Part shown: positions 1 to 11,508 of the stretch, piece by piece
Layout of the letters: the number at the start of each line of letters is the position of its first letter
How positions within the stretch are numbered: the first letter of the stretch is position 1
Source: Adineta vaga
Lineage: Eukaryota > Animalia > Rotifera
NCBI GenBank assembly: GCA_021613535.1
Contig: CP075493.1
Span: 11,656,001 to 11,720,000, forward strand
DNA length: 64,000 nucleotides
Direction of reading: 5' to 3'
Program-made: the position numbers and the translations under genes
The notes under the pieces: model-generated
The model's database searches: none
Seen by the model: the letters and a program-made list of their open reading frames with translations, nothing else
Told to the model about the DNA's origin: nothing

Positions 1-274
1 TTCATCATATAAAAGTAATAGAGAGAAGTACTCGACATGTTATCGAAAAGTTCTTACCTTCAAGACGTATAAGTACAACCGTCCCCTCATCTACACCTAA
101 GGAAAAGGAAATCAGTTAAAGAAGGAAAACGCGGAATTATAGGAATATCTATAACATATAAAATGATTCTGTTTCTTTTTTCTTCTTTTATTTTTCTCAA
201 ATTCAACTGAATAAAAAGTTTTAATGGTAATATCTTTCTAAAAGAAACATCAGTATTCTTTTGCGTCGTCAATA

Positions 275-1317
275 ATGCCACTCGAAATTCTTGCCTTGAC
301 GAAACAACTCTCATTTTACAGTGGATGTATCCTATTTTTCTTGGGACTTATCGGTAATACAATTAATATTCTGGTTTTTACTCAAGTGAAATTGTTTCGC
401 AACGATCGATCTGCTTTTTATCTAACCGTCGAAGCATTTTCAAATCTTCTCTATGAATTCATCAATATTACTTCGACTGTTTTAACATTAATCTATGGAA
501 ATGATGGAACAGAACGTTTTCTTATTTGGTGTAAGTTAAGATATAGCTTGTCTCAATTATCCGTATTAACTACTTATTACATGATATCTTGTTGTGCTGG
601 TGATCAATTCTTTTCAACAAATTATCACTTAAATGTACGATATATGTGTACGATGAGATTGGTTCGATATATTACTGTGATATTGATTTGTCTTTGGATT
701 GTACATAGTATTGTATTTGGTGTGTTTTTCCAAATTCAACCAATGATTGGGTGTATCATAATCAATCAAATTTATCTTCAATATGCAACGTTCTTTATCT
801 ATCCAGTGCTTGCTGGTCTTCTGCCTATTACACTCGCGATATTTTTTAGTTTTTTTGCGTATCGTAATGTTCGTCGTATAGTTCGCCGTCAAAGATCGAT
901 TGCTCGCCAATTCAGTCGACAAATGACCGCCATGGTTCTCATACGTGTAATACTCTTCGTTTGTTTGGCATCTCCTTATAGTTTTTTTCGTATTTATATT
1001 ATTAATTATCCTATTTCACAAGAACAACGTACGAAATATGCCATTAGACAATTGCTTCAAATACTTTTCTTAATCTCTATTAATCTAAATTATACAGTAA
1101 TATAATTCTTGCTTTTTTTTAAATTGAATTGTTCATTTTTTTTTAAATTTCATTATAGATGAATTTCTATGTATTTATGATTACATCAGCTCGTTTTCGT
1201 CGACAAGTGAAATTTATTTTGGTGAAAAAGTGTTGGAAACGCTGGAAACATTGCTGTTGTTCAAAGACTAATCGAATTATTCCCAAAGATGTAGATCTAG
1301 ACGCTGGATATACTTAA
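275..1317 (+). CDS. Rhodopsin-like (class A) orphan GPCR, 2 exons (intron 1097-1158)
   Basis: Seven hydrophobic segments, GN in TM1, Cys at the top of TM3, and DQF as the DRY-equivalent. Splicing GT1097..AG1158 adds the in-frame TM7/helix-8 segment NFYVFMITSARFRRQVK, with TAA at 1315-1317. Confidence 0.88.
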
Positions 1318-1946
1318 TTGTTTGGTTATTTAACAGAAACATTCACATTATATTGTTCACAATCCATCATGTGTACATGAGGAGAATAAAAGTATGAGAA
1401 AAGTTCTTTTCATTGTTATTGCCTGTTATAAATATATTTTGCAGAAATACGAAGAGCTTAATTTGATCATGCATTCTAACTGAAACAAGTTAAAGTTTTC
1501 TCTGAATTCGGAATGCTGTATTTTTCTGTTGTATGGTATGAATATATATCTATCGATTTTTTCAAGCTAATTCTCGTCTACGTACTCTTTATATCTATAA
1601 ATCACATCATATTCTAAAGAACAACATGGCATATGCAGAGTAATAATATCAAACGGGTCGCCGCAATCTGTTGGGTTATGAGAACATTGCGTCGTCAATA
1701 TTCATGCTTTTTCTGTCGAGAATAACGACAGTGTTGAGTTGACCCTTTAGATATCGAATGCCACTGACATAGTTCGTTCTCCAAAGAATAAAAATACTCA
1801 TATTCTATTCATGTCATCTTGCTCTTCGGACGACAAGATAAGCAAATTCATACAGGTGGGCTTAGACTATAAATTTTCGGTTTTTATCAGTATTGTAACA
1901 AACCGTGGTATTTCCGTCAAGTATTTATTATTGTTAACAAAGAAGA

Positions 1947-2720
1947 ATGAATAATCAACAACAAGCATTAGAACAAGCACTCTACAAATATCATGTACTT
2001 TTCTTTCGTAATTAAAATTTAACACCAGAACAACAACGTGATCTTGCCTATCAATTTGGTCAATTACATGTGCATCCAATTTATCCACATACGCCAACAT
2101 GTCATGAAGTAACTGTGTTAGAATTCGGTCAAAAATGTAGTACGGATAGGAAACCAGATTCTGATATTTGGCATACAGATGTATCATATTCAAGTAATCC
2201 ACCAATTATGGGCATGCTCTATGCAAAAATTATACCAAAACAAGGTGGTGGTGATACACTTTGGGCTAATATGGTTGAAATATATGAACAAGAACTATCA
2301 GATGCAATGAAAACTGTACTCAGTCAATTAACACCTGAACATTCCATAGAAAAATCACATAAGCGATCAATTAAAGTAAACGATTCAGATTTAGATACAC
2401 TCAAAAAAGCCAAAGAAAACAATCCACCAGTCAATCATCCAGTTATTGATGAACATCCACATACAAAACAAAAGTATCTAAATGTAAATACGACTGCGAC
2501 AACAAAAATTAATGAATTAAATGAACAAGAAAGTGAATTATTATTACAATATCTATTTTCATTAATTAATAAACGACCAGAATTAACTTGTCGATGGAAA
2601 TGGAATGAAAACGATATTTGTTTATGGGATCAACGAACAACACAACATTATGCTTCACCTGATTATTGGCCACATCATCGACGAATGCATCGTTGTGCAA
2701 TTATGAAACAAGATAAATAA
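1947..2720 (+). pseudogene. tauD: TauD/TfdA Fe(II)/2-oxoglutarate dioxygenase, bacterial-like, with in-frame TAA at 2013-2015 and apparently missing N-terminus
   Basis: Reads KYHVLFFRN*NLTPEQQRDLAYQFGQLHVHPIYPH, WHTDVSY (HxD), GGDTLWANM and WDQRTTQHYA..RRMHR, which closely follow TauD motifs. Intronless. Confidence 0.85.
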
Positions 2721-3173
2721 ATAAATATAATTTGTTCACAAGCAGATCATTATTTCTTGACTATAATGACTTTGTCATTTGACTTTATATGTATATATAA
2801 ATTCGATAAATTAATGAGTCATCACTCATCAACCAGTTTTGATAGAGATGAAAGTAACACATTCGTATCAACTCTCAAGAATCTGTTCGAAAGGACTAAA
2901 ATGTGTCAACTTTATCGAATTGCCCACGTAGTAAGTTTTTGTTGATAAACAAAATTTGAATCCCTTACGACGACGTGCAAGAGCAGAGCAGAAAAAAAGT
3001 GTCATGTAAGAAGTGAATCAGTAGTTGATGTAAAAATTGCTCTTCTGCTATTATTTACAAGTGAATATATATGATGAGCTTATCGTAACAAGAATCTACG
3101 ATGTCAATGAGATAAACTTGAGATATACACTTTTACATGGCGGTTAGCAATTCGAGGATATTTATAATAACCT

Positions 3174-3265
3174 AGCATTTGAACAAGCATCCTTACAAAT
3201 ATCATGTAATTTTCTTTCTGTAATCAAAATTTAACACCAGAACAACAACGTGATCTTGCCTATCA
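3174..3265 (+). repeat. Degenerate ~90-bp duplicate of the 5' part of tauD (1964-2053)
   Basis: Direct similarity, including aaaatttaacaccagaacaacaacgtgatcttgcctatca. Carries small indels but has CAA where the main copy has TAA. Confidence 0.85.
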
Positions 3266-4070
3266 TCTTGATATTTATACCAATCCCTACTTTGAATACC
3301 CATATTAAAATAAAAGTATTGTTGCTATGGTTTTTTTCTGAATTAAATAACATTGGGCAGAAGATTTATGAGCATGAATAAATCAGCATCGACAAATTGG
3401 AATAATGGCAACTGCCATGTATTTTATATAATGGTATATCAATTGGGGACTTGGCAAAAAGGAATGCCGTAAATGACCAGATTCATGGAAAAAATATCTA
3501 TCTATAATGAGGAAAGATGGTATTAATTGGAATGGACAAAAAGGAAATGATGACATCACAAATGTAGAATGTGGATAAATAAAGGAAGAAATGGACATGC
3601 TAAAAAAAATGACAGAACGTAAGAAGAATGGAATGGAAAATTCAATGGAAAGGAGAGAAACAATCAATGTAAGGAATCCAAGGAATGGATATGGAAGTTT
3701 TGAAGAAGGAATGGTATGCTAATTTAATACTCACTGTAATATGGAATGAAAATAATGTACTACTTCTGGATCGTATGGTTTCTTTTTCAGTATATATTTT
3801 AGTCTTCTCATTATAACGAGCAACGTCTCTAATAAGAGTTCAGATCGTATTGCAATCGAATCCTTCGTTTAGTTTTATCGTTCTTATTGTCTTGTTTTAT
3901 ACAAATTATTCTGTTGCTTTTTATCTCTACAGTGCCATATCCAAAGCTAATCAAACGGTCCATCTCTTTTGGCTACAAGGCGAAGAGTTGAATATATCTC
4001 ATCACAAACACTTTACACGATTTTAATTTACTAACGTTTTGGCTTATATTTCTTAGAAGTTTGATTTTGT

Positions 4071-4559
4071 CTAAGATTTTTCTCTATTCAGAGATTTTCG
4101 TAATAGCTGAAGTTTCATATCTCTTAATTGATCCACCAGATGAAAGAAAACACGAATAATTGTTTTCATTGTAGAATTATTTGAATGATAGCCATAACGG
4201 ATAATGAACGTTTTGAATATATTAACTAGATGTCCACGGAGTAAATGAGATTTGTTTAAAACAGATTGTTGATAAGAAAAAAGTCTTACAAAACAATGGT
4301 TTGTAGGAAACAGACTACATTTTATATGTGTAACTATAAGAGAAGAAATCTTATCAATATTCAGACTATTAAGTTCCGGTGAATGATATAATTGATGAAA
4401 TCCATCTTTGAGCTGAGAACAAATATTCTGATTTGCTTGATGAACGTAATGCATCTGTTGAGATACGAATTCGACCATTCTTGATTGAAGTTCATTACCT
4501 AATCGAAGATATTTTCTTTCAAAATGTTCACGAATAAAATTTTGTAAATATTCAATCAT
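4071..4559 (-). CDS. Hypothetical protein fragment, possibly the remnant of a longer frameshifted gene
   Basis: 162-aa ORF with protein-like composition and no recognisable motif. Confidence 0.3.
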   Translation of the reverse strand: MIEYLQNFIREHFERKYLRLGNELQSRMVEFVSQQMHYVHQANQNICSQLKDGFHQLYHSPELNSLNIDKISSLIVTHIKCSLFPTNHCFVRLFSYQQSVLNKSHLLRGHLVNIFKTFIIRYGYHSNNSTMKTIIRVFFHLVDQLRDMKLQLLRKSLNREKS

Positions 4560-5192
4560 TTGTTGTTTTGATTGATACTACGAAGTCTTGAAATATTGAA
4601 GAATTATATACATGATTGAAATCGTCTTCATATTGTCGATCGTTAGATATAAGAAATATGTCCAATGATGAGAACGTCGACCAAAAAGAATATTATTCAA
4701 ACTATTTATATGAGTCATTATTATGATTTGATTTCGAAACCTATATATTCGACGACAATCGTCATTATAAAAATGATTACATATTAAAATGTTGTTCTTT
4801 AGTCTGAAATTTATATTCAAAACTTGTTATTCATCTCGTATATGACAGATTGTGAAGATTATTACTTAATTGTTCGAAAAGATGGTATCTGGTCGATGTA
4901 TGTGTTATACAGTGGATAAGTAACTATTTTTAAATAATCAATACCTTCCAACCTAAAAAAAACATATAATATAATAGTATGATTAAGATTGACGTCATAT
5001 CAAGAAAGAAACAAAGTCATGTACAGTTAACGACGTATTACGCTATTGTGATTTCGCACTCAGTATAATCGCTTCAAATAATATGACGTCATTACATACA
5101 GTATTTTCAAAATGAAACGCAAAAGAAAGACTATATAATACAAATGAAAAATCACACATATTCTCAATTGTCGTTGTCACAAGCATTTCAAA

Positions 5193-5723
5193 ATGTTCAA
5201 ATTAGTTCTTATTATCATAGTTTTATCAACAATTCCAATCGCTTATTGTCAAGCATATGATTTTCCATTTGCAGCTGGTTGTAATCCAATTGATTCAGGA
5301 TGTTCGTCTTCAACTCAATGTTGTAGTGGATATTGTTATAATCAAAAGTGTACTGAAAAATGTCGATCAATATTTGCATCATGCAATTCTACTAAAAGTT
5401 TTTGTTGTCCTGGTACACAATGTCGACTATCAGATCATAAATGTTGTCGACCAGGAGGTCAAAGAGCCTTATCACCAAGTGAATGTTGTGGACAAAAATG
5501 GATATCAAATACAAATGGAAATGCAGGACAATGCTGTCGATTATCAGGAGAATCTACTAATTCATCAACAGAGTGTTGTAATCAACAATCAAAACCAAAT
5601 ACATCTGGACGTGGAGAAAAATGTTGTGGTTTACATGGACAATCTTGTCAAACATTATCAGATTGTTGTGGAGATACAATGAGTTGTAAATATTATCCAC
5701 AATTTGGAAATATTTGTATTTAA
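5193..5723 (+). CDS. Secreted Cys-rich protein with five tandem knottin (ICK)-like units
   Basis: Signal peptide followed by repeated C-x6-C-x5/6-CC-xn-C-xn-C units. TATA-like motif upstream and AATAAA downstream. Confidence 0.85.
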   Translation: MFKLVLIIIVLSTIPIAYCQAYDFPFAAGCNPIDSGCSSSTQCCSGYCYNQKCTEKCRSIFASCNSTKSFCCPGTQCRLSDHKCCRPGGQRALSPSECCGQKWISNTNGNAGQCCRLSGESTNSSTECCNQQSKPNTSGRGEKCCGLHGQSCQTLSDCCGDTMSCKYYPQFGNICI

Positions 5724-6026
5724 AGAAACATTCGTTTTATGAATAAAGATTTCCTCTTTTGATCTTATGCTTCTTTCTTCTATATTCAGTTGTTATATGG
5801 CACCGTTATCATATTTTTTTTCACACAATTGTCTTTGAAAGAGTGAAACTGAAGGTGTAAAATATTGATAATATTCCCACTTTCATCTCTAATCAATCAG
5901 CAACACATTTCTCGAATGTAAATCCGAGTAGGAATTATGGATAGTTATAGTTATTAGTATTTATTAAGCATTTACATCGCAAAAGTTTTCAACTTTCAAC
6001 AGAAAATGAAATAAACACAGAATTGA

Positions 6027-6970
6027 TCATAGAAGTAATGCATCTGGTTCAAAATAGCGACCGAGAAGCCACATTATATCAACTGCCCAATGTATACCAT
6101 TCGTTTGATGGATATGAAATGGCTTATCAATAGATAGAAATCGAGCAAATGTATAATAAGAACGAAAAGGTGCCATAAAATATTGGGCTAAATGATGATC
6201 ATGAACATTTGCAAAACAACTTGCTAATACGTTATTGACAAATAAAGTTCCTGTCAATGTTAATGGAGCATAATAACCTTTTTTCATTTCTATGATGATA
6301 TCGATAACTGGAGAATAGTTTAATGTTTCATTGACTAAAACTACTAAATAATCTCCGATTTCAACATGTTTAGCAAAAAAATAATTTTCGTTTCCATTTG
6401 AATCGATAATTGGAATGAGATGATATTCTGTTAAACTTATCCGATGACCAGAATCTGTTGTTATTGTATAAAATAATGCTATAAGAATAAAATGATAAAA
6501 TGCAATGAACTTTTTAGTATCGTGAATTCATATACCATCTCTCGACGTTTGCTTATCTAACATCATTATCATTTCTGTTGAGATGAGTTTTGATTGATCA
6601 CTTGTGATTAATTCATCACCAGATTGAAGTTGATCGATCTGTTTATATTCTCCATTCGACAATCGAATCAATGAATCACCGGAAAAACATCGATATCTTG
6701 TATAAGATGAAGAATAATCCCAACGAACTTAAATGAAAAAAAATTTCACAATGAATTCAATCGTCAAAAAAGCATCACGAGAGATTCCACACTCAAATTT
6801 TTTTCTAGTTAGAGAATGTATCAGTCATGTGAAAATATAAAACACTTACATCCTCTATATGGATTACGATAAGGTGGATTGTAGCCGTAATATGGTGGTG
6901 CACTCTCAATATGGAATAGTATAATAAACCCAATTAATATCGTATAGAGAAGATGAGCTAGTAAATACAT
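6027..6970 (-). CDS. Hedgehog-related Hint/Hog-domain protein with signal peptide, 3 exons (6970-6850, 6727-6536, 6478-6027)
   Basis: The spliced product has CFSGDSLIRLSNGEYKQIDQLQSGD (Hint block A), MMLD, LTEYH (TxxH) and GYYAPLTLTGTLFVNNVLASCFA, then an SRR-like tail. The GT-AG introns keep the frame. Confidence 0.9.
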
Positions 6971-7543
6971 TTCATACACCGTCTAATCAATCAATGACTT
7001 GGTTAGCAAATAAAAGAGCAGAGAACTGACAAGATGATTTTATTCACTATCATGTTTTATTGGTATTTGATCAATATGTCAATTTTAATTTATTCTATTG
7101 ATAGAAATCATTCAGATGTATTTATTTAAAAAACGAGTCCTATTTCGTACTTATTCCTCTGAAATCAATAATGAAAAGATTGCACTTATTCAGACCAATT
7201 CATTTGCTTCAATGCAAGAAAAATTCTTTTCGCGGATTAAATTATACATATATTAAGGGTGTGAGTTTTCATTTTTCGTTACGTGTCTGACTGAGGCAGA
7301 ATGGATCCTTTTTTGTGATGTTGAATAGTGTAGAATTAGATAGAATTTGATCCATAGCGTGTAGATCTTCTGGAGGGGACTTCTAGTAAAAGACAGGATA
7401 GTTATATTGTATGACGATCGAGTTCTCCGAATCAAAACAAATGAGTGTTCGACAGAGGAGCATGGTTACGCAATATTCAACTACGCAGAATAGGATACCC
7501 GTTTGTTTTCATACGTTCTTTGCTTCGTTTCATACCGTCTCTT

Positions 7544-7610
7544 GGGTGTGGGTGTGGGTGTGGGCGCAGATGAGAGTATAGAATTCAGACTCTCACACAC
7601 ACACCCACCC
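7544..7610. repeat. Telomere-like (TGTGGG)3 arm, spacer and C-rich inverted arm; canonical G4 motif
   Basis: GGGTGTGGGTGTGGGTGTGGG at 7544-7564 and cacacacacacccaccc at 7594-7610. Confidence 0.7.
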
Positions 7611-8382
7611 TTTTTCGATACTGTGATACAGAGGAAATCTTTTTTTTAAGAAAATTAAAAAAAATTAGAATAGATCACTGTTTACATAGAAAATAAGAAT
7701 ATTTTTTACCGTAGCTCACCAATCCTTAACTTAATGAATTGCTCTGATCTTCGAACTGGCCTGAGATATTGATGCGATCATTCTATGTACAAAGTTCCAT
7801 GACGATGGGATCAGTCTTCCAAAAATTATTGTGTAAACGGACGTATGGATACACTGATCAATTCTAGAGTGCACTCACTTTTTGAGTATACAAAAATGAT
7901 CGAATAATGATGCATGAAAAAGAAGAAGAGTTGATTAAAGTTTATTTTATTGTTCCGATAGTGAAAATAGAATGTAAAACTGAATAATTCAAGACGAAAT
8001 CAAAATATATGTTAATATATATTGATCAATTCTTTACAAATACATTTTAATATAGATGCCCATATGAGATGATACAATTCTAATGCAAAACATATATTAT
8101 TTTCACTCACAGATAAGTTATATCCACATCAGACTTAAGAGTCTAAATGGGGTACAGTTGGCAACTCTGGATTGAAGGCATTCACTATACAAAAGACTTG
8201 CATATGATTTAGATGGATGAGAATCAAGTGATGGCAAGAGTATATGCATGAAAATTTCTCTTTAAATTTTATTGTATATTTATATGCATTGAAACAAAAC
8301 AGGAAATAAAATATAAAAATACATTAGAAAAAGAAATATTCCGACGAAGTTCATGTTATTTTGTGTGATGATAGTATTCTTA

Positions 8383-8646
8383 TTAATTGTCACATTTGCA
8401 AGTTGGGAAGAACCATGCAACTGTTTTGCAATAGCCGGTTGTATAACCACATAATTTACATCGATCAATACATCCAGCTACTCCTTTAGTTGCACATGTG
8501 CCTGATGGTGGACCACAAATATCAGCAGATACTTCAATAGCTAAAACAAAGAAATAGATCTAGATATGTATCATTTGATTGTACATACCAATGCTAAGTA
8601 ACAGAACAATTATAAACAAGACAACAATGTTGTTTGGTCGAACCAT
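8383..8646 (-). CDS. CSab (cis)-defensin / macin-ASABF-like antimicrobial peptide precursor, 2 exons (8646-8589, 8540-8383)
   Basis: Spliced product is MVRPNNIVVLFIIVLLLSIAIEVSA-DICGPPSGTCATKGVAGCIDRCKLCGYTTGYCKTVAWFFPTCKCDN*. It has a signal peptide, CxxxC, GxC, CxC and 8 Cys, with a phase-1 intron in the signal peptide. Confidence 0.85.
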
Positions 8647-9445
8647 GATGAGAAATTTTTTTATGAATTTTTATTTATATTCGAACTATCATGCACCACT
8701 CGTATTTATAGTCCAAGTATTCCGCAGTGTTTTTTGTGTATGTAATAGTCATTTGATACATAACATGTATATTGACGTCAATAGATTCATGATCAATTCT
8801 ATATCGACGTAAAATAGATCTTTATGAATCAATATCATGCTTTCTCATAGTTTATACGAAAGTATATGTTTGAAATATACGTAATGGATGAGTAACTATA
8901 TGAATTAGTAACATTTCTCTAACTACGTTATCGATGGGTTAGGTATAAGGACATTTTATAATGAGGAGAAAAAGTAGTACGACTAATGAACTCACGTTTT
9001 CTCTCTCCTTTTTTTTATTAGATTACTTTAGTAGCAATTCAATGCATTCTGTTATATCATTTAGTACCTTTTTGGAAAATGGAAGCGAAATGATAACTTC
9101 CAGAAAATAAAGAAAGTCTCTCTTCAGTCTAAACATTAAGCAATGTACAGTTCTATATAATTCCCTCAATGATACTTGGTATTATATTTTCTTTCTAATT
9201 ATTTACACGTTTAGTTCTCTGAAGTATAAAATGTACACAACATTCTTCATGTAAAAGAAAGGTGATCAAACTATATGACATACGCAACACGTGTTTTTCT
9301 TTCATTTAGTTATACGGTTAGTAGTATCTTTTAATAAATCAAGTCAACGTGTACTTTTAATGTAAAATAATGAAGTTCAGAAATAATTGTTGTGATTTTA
9401 TCAGGTTGAGAAGAAAAAAACAAACGAATGAATAAATAAGAAAAA

Positions 9446-9486
9446 TGAGGAGGATGAGGATACTACATCTATCTAACACCCACACC
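9446..9486. repeat. Short G-arm/C-arm element sharing the core acatctatctaaca with the element at 30805-30874 (opposite orientation)
   Basis: 14-bp exact reverse-complement match to 30827-30840, flanked by tgagg and cacccacacc arms. Confidence 0.55.
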
Positions 9487-9511
9487 AATTCCTTTGTTAT
9501 TACCTTGATCA

Positions 9512-10451
9512 TTTCTCCAAGGAGATCCTATTGTTGCACGTTTTGCTTTTCGTGAAGTTGGAATCTATGGTCAAGATTCTACAGATTTTGTCATAGAATC
9601 CATTAATATGTATACTTCCTTTGGTTTCAGTGTTGGATCATCACGATTACGACGTGTTGGTATAAATGATTTTCATATTGTAACAAAAATAATTAATCAA
9701 ACAAAAGGTGATAGTGGACAACTTGATGTTGGAATTGGAACGCGCTTAAGATTTAGTACTAAACAGAAACCATTCACGAATAATTCAATCACCATTGCTG
9801 CTACTTCATTTGCTTATTCATCAAACGAACGATTAATGTGAATGTAAATGATTGGGCTTGTGTTTTTGATGCATCTCTATTAACTATATCAAAATTATAC
9901 AGTAGCACATAATCGTGCACGTGGTATTCTCTTAGAAACACGAAATGTCGCAGTTAAGCAATGTCTATTCAATCGAACGAGTGCATCCGCTGTTTATATT
10001 CAACCATCTCTACTTTGGTATGAAGGTCCAGTTGCATATAATATTACATTAACGCAAAATATTTATATTAATTGTAATCAAGGCATTGGTCAATTACCAG
10101 GTGTCATTAATTTATCTCCATATTCAATTCAATCGATTCCTGTTATTGAATATTTTCATATACGATCATCAACATTCATCAATGCAATCGATAGTCAAAA
10201 CGATTTTATATGCAGGAAATGTTAATCAATTACTATTTATGAATAATTATATCGCCACAAACGCTTCAACGCCACTTATTTCAATCTATAATAGTCAAAG
10301 TTTAACTGCAGTAAACAATGCAGTAGTAAATAATCAATCAACAATCAATCAATACTATACATTTGATAAAAAATATCCGTGTTTGCATTCTTTGAGTAGG
10401 TTGATTAATTTAACTGTCTCCGCTTTTAATTCATCATTTACACTTTCTTGA
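9512..10451 (+). pseudogene. Right-handed beta-helix protein, GH110 alpha-galactosidase-like; truncated and frameshifted
   Basis: A frame missed by the ORF track reads AHNRARGILLETRNVAVKQCLFNRTSASAVYIQPSLLWYEGPVAYNITLTQNIYINCN, matching the NRARG...W.EG motif pattern. Frameshifts near 9835 and 10200, and no 5' end. Confidence 0.65.
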
Positions 10452-10521
10452 AAAATAAATATTTATTTTATTTCTACAGAAATAATAATTATACTGAATG
10501 AATATAAAGGAGAAGTTTTTC

Positions 10522-11508
10522 TCAATATTTTTGTTGAAGTACTGCCATCATTCGCGGTGCAACATCCATCAGCGCTGCATTCCAACAAGGAAATTCATGT
10601 CTTCCATGACAACCATGTCCAATGGATTTACCATTTCCATAGAAATCATAATAATGTGATATATTTAATGAATTTAACATTTTATGCATATGATTATTAC
10701 AATCATGCATAGCAATTTCTATGACACCTTGATTACCTGTATAAAGTGCAATATTTACATCCCGTAATGATGCTGCATGAGTAATTGGATTTTCAACAAC
10801 CCATCCACTTGAATTTGTTATAACAAATGGAATACCAAATGGACCATTGACTGCTTTTTTATCAACAGCTTCTGAACCAAAAATAACTGCTTGAACACCG
10901 AAATTAAGTAAATCAATAGCACCGGAAAAACTTGCTGTATAAATAAATAGATTCGGATAAACTTCTGCATAACGAATAGCACCAAATCCACCCATAGAAA
11001 GACCAGCTATAGCACGACCTCCTTTTCTTGCTACTGTTCGTAGATTTGCATCAATCCAAGGTATTAATTGTTCATTATGAAACGTACGCCAATTTTGTGG
11101 AGCAGCTTTGCCTGGATTAATCCAATTCGTATACCATCCAAATGGATCACCATTTGGCATTATTGTAATTAACGATAAATTTCCAAGAATTTGTTGTGCT
11201 ATACCACCTCGTTCAGTCCAATCTTCAGCCTGACCAACACCACCATGTAATAGATAAAGAACAGGATAATGTCGTGTACTACCACTAGTTGTGTAATCAA
11301 GTGGAAGAAGTATACGAATCTTTTGATCGCCTTTCACTTCCTTCGATTGCACAATAACATCGTAAAGTTCATTGTTAACTTTTGAAAAATTCGTGACTGT
11401 CAGACCAAAACCTGATATAAAATCAGGAAAATCACTTACAACACACTGAGGAAAATAATAAACGATCAGAAGCAATTGAATCCAAGAAAAATGATGATAT
11501 TTATTCAT
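10522..11508 (-). CDS. Secreted alpha/beta-hydrolase esterase (antigen-85 / putative esterase family), bacterial-like
   Basis: Signal peptide, YPVLYLLHG, LIPWIDAN, nucleophile elbow GLSMGG, ASFSG and a C-terminal His (GRHEF). Intronless. Confidence 0.88.
   Translation of the reverse strand: MNKYHHFSWIQLLLIVYYFPQCVVSDFPDFISGFGLTVTNFSKVNNELYDVIVQSKEVKGDQKIRILLPLDYTTSGSTRHYPVLYLLHGGVGQAEDWTERGGIAQQILGNLSLITIMPNGDPFGWYTNWINPGKAAPQNWRTFHNEQLIPWIDANLRTVARKGGRAIAGLSMGGFGAIRYAEVYPNLFIYTASFSGAIDLLNFGVQAVIFGSEAVDKKAVNGPFGIPFVITNSSGWVVENPITHAASLRDVNIALYTGNQGVIEIAMHDCNNHMHKMLNSLNISHYYDFYGNGKSIGHGCHGRHEFPCWNAALMDVAPRMMAVLQQKY

Noticed and set aside
3390-3720. Purine-rich GGAAT/TGGAA stretch that might be a degraded MORN-repeat gene or satellite
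   Set aside because: Fragments such as WNNG, TWQKG and WNGKFNG are suggestive, but there are many stops and no regular period, so it is not supportable by eye.
5257-5682. 141-aa overlapping ORF
   Set aside because: Shifted-frame shadow of the Cys-rich gene, where TGT runs read as Val.
8280-8468. ORF-track 62-aa protein
   Set aside because: Wrong frame of the defensin second exon.
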